DNA of 43,543 nucleotides from a virus (Duplodnaviria; Heunggongvirae; Uroviricota; Caudoviricetes): IMG/VR virus record IMGVR_UViG_2541047719_000002, positions 1 to 43,543 of that record; one strand, 5' to 3'. Shown piece by piece: positions 37,550 to 43,543 of this stretch (position 1 is its first letter; each line of letters starts with the position of its first letter). The notes under the pieces were generated by a model. It saw only the letters and a program-made list of their open reading frames with translations, ran no database searches and was not told where the DNA came from. The position numbers and the translations under genes were made by a program.

Positions 37550-37867
37550 CTATTTTTTCTCAGAGCTCATATTGTAATAGGTGGTATAAATAGAGATTGA
37601 TTTCTGACATGCTTCAAGAAATTGCTGCGGAGTCATCCCAAGCCTTGCTTGCTCTGTAGTAAGGAATCTCTGTAAGAATTCATTCCCACCTGGCATGTTT
37701 GTAGATTCTTGGAATATTGCCATTTGTTTGATTGCACCACACATACCAGCCATTTTCGAAGCTATCATGAGGCCTTGTATTTCATCAAAACTGCTATCGT
37801 CTGATTTTGTTTCTGCGTTAGCTATGCTCGAGAGACACAGGAGCAATAGGATAGCGATACGTTTCAT
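37550..37867 (-). CDS. Hypothetical periplasmic protein with Sec signal peptide, co-transcribed with mnt
   Basis: 105-aa ORF with signal peptide MKRIAILLLLCLSSIANA; start overlaps mnt stop by 4 nt. Confidence 0.5.
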   Translation of the reverse strand: MKRIAILLLLCLSSIANAETKSDDSSFDEIQGLMIASKMAGMCGAIKQMAIFQESTNMPGGNEFLQRFLTTEQARLGMTPQQFLEACQKSISIYTTYYNMSSEKK

Positions 37868-38100
37868 TTTGCATCCTTACCATACATGGTTTTCAGTGTT
37901 TCAAGCAGCGCATCCCTGAATTTGTCAACCTCTTTCTGAGCAAATTCATTGCTATTAAGCGATCTACCACAAACAGCATCTTCGATAATCTGTATTATTT
38001 CAGCATTCATGGAACGCTTGTTATGTTGCGCCCTGGCTTTAACCTTTGCCTTTAACTCTTTGGAAATCCTGATATTTATTTGCGGCTCTTCGCGTGACAT
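37864..38100 (-). CDS. mnt: Mnt-like ribbon-helix-helix repressor
   Basis: 78-aa ORF; N-terminal RHH motif (PQINIRISKELKAKVKARAQHNKRSMNAEIIQIIEDAV) resembles recalled P22 Mnt. Confidence 0.7.
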   Translation of the reverse strand: MSREEPQINIRISKELKAKVKARAQHNKRSMNAEIIQIIEDAVCGRSLNSNEFAQKEVDKFRDALLETLKTMYGKDAK

Positions 38101-38153
38101 ACCACCTCCATAGCATTTTGGTGATATTACTATTGCATCACTGCGATCACAAT

Positions 38154-38170
38154 GGTATAACGGTTATACC
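38154..38170. promoter_or_regulatory. 17-bp perfect palindrome GGTATAACGGTTATACC; candidate Mnt/Arc operator in the divergent mnt-arc region
   Basis: Perfect inverted repeat between divergent mnt and arc starts. Confidence 0.45.
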
Positions 38171-38188
38171 AAATTGATTGGAGGTAAT

Positions 38189-38362
38189 ATGATAGTCAAG
38201 TCAGACGCACCAAAGTACCCTTTGCGCATCCCATTAGAGGTTAAGTTAGCAATCGAGAAGTCAGCGAAAGAAAATGGTCGCTCAATAAATACCGAGATGG
38301 TAATGCGGTTGGTGGATAGTTTAAGGCGGGATAGTTCTAAAGGTAATCTAGCAAAAAGTTGA
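38189..38362 (+). CDS. arc: Arc-like ribbon-helix-helix repressor
   Basis: 57-aa ORF from ATG 38189 with GGAGGT RBS; RHH motif ([36 protein letters not shown]). Confidence 0.7.
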   Translation: MIVKSDAPKYPLRIPLEVKLAIEKSAKENGRSINTEMVMRLVDSLRRDSSKGNLAKS

Positions 38363-38424
38363 AGCCCCAACTGCGGGAACAGTCAGGGCTTCGGTATCAA
38401 CAAATCGGATTAGGAAATATTGAC

Positions 38425-39303
38425 ATGAAAAGTATAGCAAAGGCACAAAACGATTTCACCATCTTCAAATTCGGCGACAGTGAAATCCGCGTCATCAACA
38501 AGTGCGGTGAGCCGTGGTTTGTAGCAAAAGATGTTTGTGATGCTTTAACCCTGACTAACTCACGCAAGGCGCTTACTGCACTTGATGACGATGAAAAGGG
38601 AGTAACTTTAAGTTACACCCTTGGTGGTGAGCAGAATCTAAGCATTGTTAGCGAATCAGGTATGTATACATTGGTTCTGCGCTGCCGAGATGCTGTCAAT
38701 AAAGGTTCAGTCCCGCACAAATTCCGCAAGTGGGTAACAGCAGAAGTTCTGCCTTCAATTCGCAAACATGGCGAGTATGTAAAAGGAAAGAAAACCACTG
38801 TTGAGGAAAGAACACCGCTACGCGATGCAGTAAACATGCTGGTAGGAAAGAAAGGACTTCGCTATGACGATGCATACAATATGGTTCATCAGCGTTTTGG
38901 TATTGACAGCATTGATGAACTTTCAATTGAACAAATCCCGCTGGCCGTAGAGTACATCCACAGGGTGGTGCTTGAAGGCGAGTTAATCGGCAAACAAGAG
39001 AAGAAAGCAAACGAGCTTTCTGCAAAAGAAGCAAACAGCCTTGTATGGTTATGGGATTATGCCAACCGCTCACAGGCATTATTCCGCGAACTGTATCCGG
39101 CGCTAAAACAAATTCAATCGAACTATTCAGGCAGATGCTACGACTACGGTCATGAGTTCTCGTATGTTATCGGAATGGCGAGAGACGTTTTAATCAATCA
39201 CACACGAGATGTTGATATTAATGAGCCAGACGGACCAACGAATCTTTCCGCATGGATGAGACTTAAGAATAAAGAATTACCTCCTTCAGTACATAACTAC
39301 TGA
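38425..39303 (+). CDS. ant: Antirepressor Ant (Bro-N / KilA-N type N-terminal domain)
   Basis: 292-aa ORF from first ATG; N-terminal Bro-N-like motif ([30 protein letters not shown]); position after arc as in P22 immI. Confidence 0.75.
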   Translation: MKSIAKAQNDFTIFKFGDSEIRVINKCGEPWFVAKDVCDALTLTNSRKALTALDDDEKGVTLSYTLGGEQNLSIVSESGMYTLVLRCRDAVNKGSVPHKFRKWVTAEVLPSIRKHGEYVKGKKTTVEERTPLRDAVNMLVGKKGLRYDDAYNMVHQRFGIDSIDELSIEQIPLAVEYIHRVVLEGELIGKQEKKANELSAKEANSLVWLWDYANRSQALFRELYPALKQIQSNYSGRCYDYGHEFSYVIGMARDVLINHTRDVDINEPDGPTNLSAWMRLKNKELPPSVHNY

Positions 39304-39403
39304 CAGATAACCAACGCAACTACCCAGCTTCGGCTGGGTTTTTTTATGCCCAAAATTCACCGTAGCCCCGCTGCGGAGATTCCTTGTATCTGGAGCAAAT
39401 CAA

Positions 39404-41332
39404 ATGACAGACATTACAGCCAATGTTGTAGTTAGCATGCCTTCGCAACTCTTCACTATGGCACGTTCTTTTAAAGCCGTAGCCAATGGAAAAATTTATA
39501 TCGGTAAAATTGACACTGACCCGGTAAATCCTGAAAACCAGATTCAGGTTTATGTAGAGAACGAAGACGGTTCTCACGTTCCTGTTTCGCAACCAATCAT
39601 TATTAACGCTGCTGGTTATCCGGTATACAACGGACAGATTGCCAAGTTTGTAACCGTGCAAGGCCATTCTATGGCTGTTTACGATGCTTATGGGGCGCAG
39701 CAGTTCTATTTTCCTAATGTGCTTAAGTATGATCCGGATCAGCTAAAAATACTTCTAGGATCTGCAGGTGGTGCGCAATATATAGGAACAACAAAAGGTA
39801 TACTTCAAGATGTTATTGACCACATAAAGATTCCTATTGATAAATACGAATTCATCATTCCAGATGATTTCTCATCTTTTGATGAGTTAGCAATGTACCT
39901 TAAAGATTATTATTATGATGGTATTCAGGTTGTAGTTAGAGTTAAGGCAGGAATATACACTTGTACAAATAGCCTTAATAATCTGTTTGGTTCTCAGTGG
40001 GGGTTTGGAAGGATTAAGTTTATTGGTGATGGAATTGATTCAACAACAATTCAGTTTTTTAAATGCGATGGCATTTATTCTGGTCTTGGAATGTCATTTG
40101 GATATGCACCTCAGTTTCCAGTGAGTGGTGGTGATATAATACCAATATTTAGTAATTTAACCATATCAGGAATTGACAGAGATTCAGGAATTGATGATCC
40201 ATATCTTGATTCAATGGGGGTAAGGGCGTTCGACGGCGGGGTTGTTGTACTGGATGAAAGCGTAAGAATAACTCAGTTTTCCCGGTGTGGAGTTATGGCT
40301 GAGAGGCATGGTATAGCTTTTGTTCCTGGGGTTAAAGTCGATACTACAGGTTCTGATTGTTTCGCTGCCTCTGAAGGTGGTTATATCTATTGCCCAGACT
40401 CTACAGCAAGCAACCCGAAAGGTCATTGCTACATCGCATATTCTGGAGGGCAGCTTTATATGCCTAACTGTATTGCCCAGAACGCAGAGACACACAATTC
40501 GTCAAATGTAGGGGGATCTGGTCTTGTGTTGACCGGAAGCAGTTACGCTTACGCTATTAATCTTAAAACTAAAAACAATGCTCAACGTGGAATTAGTGTG
40601 GCGTTAGGGTCTTTTCTACGAGCTGACGGGTTTACTGAGAGTGAAAATATTCTACCTGTGACTGTTTCGCAGGATTCCACGTTGGTTTCTCCAAATTGCA
40701 CAATAAACAAACCAGATGCTCTTGCGCTTTTAATTGAGAAAGGAGGAAAGGCATTTTTCCAGGTGGCAACAACTGATAAATTTACTATGTATGGTAGAGC
40801 AACAGTACAGTCAATGGGGGTTCTTCATGCACCAGATGGCGACATAACGAACAGTTCAGGCAACTCAATATCTGCAATTAACTCAACAGTTGACGTTGAC
40901 AGAACAACTTTCCATGGTTCTCCTGCTGTAGCTATCTATGCCATGGATGGAGCGATGGTTAAATGTAGAAATGGAGAATCTCAGACAACTACAGGGACAA
41001 CAATTATTGCTCAAAATGCAAAGGTTATCGCTGATGGCTTTAAGGTAAAAGGAAATCCATCAATAGGGTTTAGAGCAACTATGTCTGGAATAATTTCTGC
41101 GAAAGACACATCAGTTATCAAGGCCGGTCAATATGGTTACTTTTCTGAAAATATGGGGGCATTTATTGATGCTACAAGTGCTACAGTAGGAGATGCTTTC
41201 TCTGGTTTTAAAGCAATAAACGGAGCCAGAATTAATGCTACGCAATCAGATGCTACAGGATCATATACAGGAGGTGCTTATAGCCCATCAGTAAATTTAG
41301 CAGATGAAAAACTAACAATAATAATAAAGTAA
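39404..41332 (+). CDS. Tailspike protein (P22-type N-terminal head-binding domain, divergent receptor-binding domain)
   Basis: 642-aa ORF; N-terminal ~110 aa matches the conserved P22/Sf6/HK620 tailspike head-binding domain as recalled; remainder is Gly/Ser/Thr-rich and visibly AT-richer DNA. Confidence 0.85.
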   Translation: MTDITANVVVSMPSQLFTMARSFKAVANGKIYIGKIDTDPVNPENQIQVYVENEDGSHVPVSQPIIINAAGYPVYNGQIAKFVTVQGHSMAVYDAYGAQQFYFPNVLKYDPDQLKILLGSAGGAQYIGTTKGILQDVIDHIKIPIDKYEFIIPDDFSSFDELAMYLKDYYYDGIQVVVRVKAGIYTCTNSLNNLFGSQWGFGRIKFIGDGIDSTTIQFFKCDGIYSGLGMSFGYAPQFPVSGGDIIPIFSNLTISGIDRDSGIDDPYLDSMGVRAFDGGVVVLDESVRITQFSRCGVMAERHGIAFVPGVKVDTTGSDCFAASEGGYIYCPDSTASNPKGHCYIAYSGGQLYMPNCIAQNAETHNSSNVGGSGLVLTGSSYAYAINLKTKNNAQRGISVALGSFLRADGFTESENILPVTVSQDSTLVSPNCTINKPDALALLIEKGGKAFFQVATTDKFTMYGRATVQSMGVLHAPDGDITNSSGNSISAINSTVDVDRTTFHGSPAVAIYAMDGAMVKCRNGESQTTTGTTIIAQNAKVIADGFKVKGNPSIGFRATMSGIISAKDTSVIKAGQYGYFSENMGAFIDATSATVGDAFSGFKAINGARINATQSDATGSYTGGAYSPSVNLADEKLTIIIK

Positions 41333-41422
41333 GCAATATGCTATAGTTCATGACTTATTAATGATAACTATATGCACAAAGCTTTGCACTTGATTGCAAT
41401 GCTTTGTGCCATTCTATAGTTA

Positions 41423-41444
41423 AGGTGGATTACTCCACCTTTTC
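41423..41444 (+). terminator. Candidate terminator after tailspike
   Basis: AGGTGGA-TTAC-TCCACCT hairpin followed by TTT. Confidence 0.4.
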
Positions 41445-41542
41445 ATCAATCCAGTCCGCCCACCACTGCATCATTTGCTCTGCGCTTATCGAGATACTGA
41501 GCATGGTTGTAAATTCAACTAACCCAGTGAGTTGACAAAAAA

Positions 41543-41576
41543 TTAGCGCAAGAGGACAAAAATCACCTTGCGCTAA
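41543..41576 (+). promoter_or_regulatory. sib: sib/tI-like retroregulation hairpin (lambda P-arm side)
   Basis: Inverted repeat TTAGCGCAA...TTGCGCTAA with 16-nt spacer; sequence context matches recalled lambda sib region just left of attP. Confidence 0.5.
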
Positions 41577-41723
41577 TGCTCTGCCTCAGGTCACTAATAC
41601 TATCTAAGTAGTTGATTCATAGTGACTGGATATGTTGTGTTTTGTAGTATTATGCAGTCTATTATTTAGACCAAATCTTTCATAACATATTGATATTTAC
41701 AGTGTTTTCTGTTTCTCGTTCAG

Positions 41724-41738
41724 CTTTTTTATACTAAC
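41724..41738. repeat. attR: attR core (GCTTTTTTATACTAA), preceded by lambda P arm and followed by host B' sequence
   Basis: Identical 15-mer to attL core; followed by CTTGAGCGAAACGGGAAGG. Confidence 0.85.
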
Positions 41739-41827
41739 TTGAGCGAAACGGGAAGGTAAAAAGACAAAAAGTTGTTTTTAATACCTTTAAGTGATACCAG
41801 ATGGCATTGCGCCATCTGGCAGAGTGA

Positions 41828-42304
41828 TTAACTAAACATCGCAGTAATCGAGGCACTCGCCAGAGAGTGAAAATGAACGTTAAACCCGACCATCGCGCCG
41901 CTGGCACCTTCATCGACATCAATACGTTCTACATCCAGCGCGTGAACGGTAAAAATGTAGCGATGGGTTTCGCCTTTCGGCGGCGCTGCGCCATCGTACC
42001 CGGTTTTACCAAAGTCGGTACGCGTCTGCAAAACGCCGTCTGGCATAGCTACCAGACCAGAGCCAAACCCTTGCGGTAATACGCGGGTATCAGCGGGTAA
42101 ATTAACAACTACCCAGTGCCACCAGCCGGAGCCGGTTGGCGCATCCGGGTCATAGCAGGTGACAACAAAACTTTTCGTTCCCGCAGGAACATCATCCCAC
42201 GCCAGATGCGGTGAAATATTATCGCCATCGTAACCCATGCCGTTAAAGACATGACGATGCGGCAGCTTATCGCCATCGCGCAGATCGTTACTGATGAGTT
42301 TCAT
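41828..42304 (-). CDS. ybhB: YbhB, PEBP-family protein (host gene flanking attB-lambda)
   Basis: 158-aa ORF with PEBP motifs (DPDAPTGSGWWHW), recalled as E. coli YbhB. Confidence 0.9.
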   Translation of the reverse strand: MKLISNDLRDGDKLPHRHVFNGMGYDGDNISPHLAWDDVPAGTKSFVVTCYDPDAPTGSGWWHWVVVNLPADTRVLPQGFGSGLVAMPDGVLQTRTDFGKTGYDGAAPPKGETHRYIFTVHALDVERIDVDEGASGAMVGFNVHFHSLASASITAMFS

Positions 42305-42412
42305 TAGAATGCCTCCGGGAAACCTCGGCCTTCAGACCGGGGAGGAAAGGAGGCGGTTTTCCGACTAACTGTACTTTGCATAATCACATTTTCCTCTTTA
42401 GTATGTGAACAC

Positions 42413-43543
42413 ATGAAACGCGCATATAAATACCGGTTTTACCCGACAACTGAGCAGGCTGAGCTTTTAGCTCAGACGTTTGGCTGTGTGCGCTTCGTCT
42501 ACAATTCCATCCTTCGTTGGCGTACCGATGCGTACTACGAGCGAAAAGAAAAGATCGGTTATCTACAGGCCAACGCTCGCCTTACGGCGCTCAAAAAAGA
42601 GCCTGAATACATATGGCTGAATGATGTTTCCTGCGTTCCCCTCCAGCAGTCGTTGCGCCACCAACAAGCCGCCTTTGCTAACTTCTTTGCCGGACGAGCT
42701 GCATATCCGGCTTTCAAAAGCAAACGGCACAAACAGGTGGCTGAGTTCACTGCCAGCGCGTTTAAACACCGTGACGGCGAGTTGTATATAGCAAAGAGCA
42801 AGTCGCCGCTGGATGTTCGCTGGAGTCGAGAATTACCATCTGCGCCGTCAACCGTTACCATTTCCAGAGATAGCGCTGGCAGGTACTTTGTTTCCTGCCT
42901 GTGTGAGTTTGAACCTGTATCAATGCCTGTTACCGCTAAAACGGTCGGCATTGATGTGGGCTTAAAAGATTTATTCGTCACCGATACCGGATTCAAAACC
43001 GACAATCCCCGCCACACCGCTAAATATGCGAAGCGATTAACGCTGCTACAGCGACGTTTAAGCAGGAAGCAAAAAGGCTCAAGAAACCGAATTAAAGCCC
43101 GCTTAAAGGTCGCCCGACTCCACGCGAAAATCGCCGATTGCCGGATGGACAATCTGCACAAGTTGTCCCGCAAACTGATTAACGAAAACCAAGTTGTTTG
43201 CGTCGAATCCCTCAAGGTGAAAAACATGATCCGCAACCCGAAGCTGTCTAAAGCAATAGCTGACGCAGGCTGGAGCGAACTTGTTCGCCAGCTCCAGTAC
43301 AAAGGCAAATGGGCCGGGCGGTCAGTGGTCGCCATTGACCAGTATTTACCGTCCTCAAAATGCTGTAGTTGCTGCGGTTTCACCATGCAAAAAATGCCTC
43401 TTAATGTTCGTAAATGGCACTGCCCTGAATGCGGCGCAGACCATGATCGCGACATTAACGCGGCACGTAATATTAAAGCTGCCGGGCTGGCAGTGTTAGC
43501 CCACGGAGAGCCTGTAAACCCTGAATCGCAGCACGCGGCTTAG
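42413..43543 (+). CDS. tnpB: TnpB (IS200/IS605-family OrfB, RuvC-like RNA-guided nuclease) of a TnpB-only IS element
   Basis: 376-aa ORF; N-terminus MKRAYKYRFYPT, RuvC-like motifs (GIDVGL…, …VCVESL…) and C-terminal zinc finger (CSCCG…CPECG); no tnpA in window. Confidence 0.85.
   Translation: MKRAYKYRFYPTTEQAELLAQTFGCVRFVYNSILRWRTDAYYERKEKIGYLQANARLTALKKEPEYIWLNDVSCVPLQQSLRHQQAAFANFFAGRAAYPAFKSKRHKQVAEFTASAFKHRDGELYIAKSKSPLDVRWSRELPSAPSTVTISRDSAGRYFVSCLCEFEPVSMPVTAKTVGIDVGLKDLFVTDTGFKTDNPRHTAKYAKRLTLLQRRLSRKQKGSRNRIKARLKVARLHAKIADCRMDNLHKLSRKLINENQVVCVESLKVKNMIRNPKLSKAIADAGWSELVRQLQYKGKWAGRSVVAIDQYLPSSKCCSCCGFTMQKMPLNVRKWHCPECGADHDRDINAARNIKAAGLAVLAHGEPVNPESQHAA

Larger units (their letters stand above)
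1331..41738. mobile_element. Mosaic lambdoid prophage (lambda int/att and Q-lysis cassette; P22/Sf6-like virion module) integrated at attB-lambda
   Basis: 15-bp direct att core repeats at both ends, int/xis at the left end, full set of phage modules between, host genes ybhC and ybhB outside. Confidence 0.85.

Noticed and set aside
41789-41811. Hairpin CCAGATGGC-ATTGC-GCCATCTGG downstream of ybhB as a phage element
   Set aside because: It lies in host DNA beyond attR; probably the ybhB terminator or a REP-like element.

Overview
The window is a complete ~40.4-kb mosaic lambdoid prophage integrated at the E. coli lambda attachment site, between ybhC (1..1284, -) and ybhB (41828..42304, -), bounded by identical 15-bp att cores GCTTTTTTATACTAA at 1331..1345 and 41724..41738. 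All calls are from reading the sequence and recalled protein families; no database search was run. Modules left to right: lambda-type int/xis; a leftward early operon of accessory genes with SSB and an Erf/Rad52-like annealing protein; a non-lambda immunity region (cI, divergent PRM/PR with a repeated 17-bp palindromic operator, cro, cII); P22-type replication (O-like initiator with four internal iterons, DnaB-like helicase); a nin region (NinB, NinE, orphan C5 cytosine methyltransferase, NinF, YbcO-like, RusA, NinH); lambda Q, PR', tR'; two tRNA-like genes; lambda S, R, Rz/Rz1; then a P22/Sf6-like podovirus morphogenesis block (small and large terminase, portal, scaffold, coat, gp4, gp10, needle, gp14/gp7/gp20/gp16 ejection proteins), an ImmI-like mnt-arc-ant region and a tailspike. 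A solitary TnpB gene lies beyond ybhB. The most unusual features are three paralogous HNH-AP2 homing endonuclease genes, one splitting ninF and one apparently splitting an N-like antiterminator gene whose remnant carries an in-frame TAG, and a cluster of small uncharacterised moron genes between gene 16 and mnt, which is the best candidate for an undescribed exclusion or defence function.
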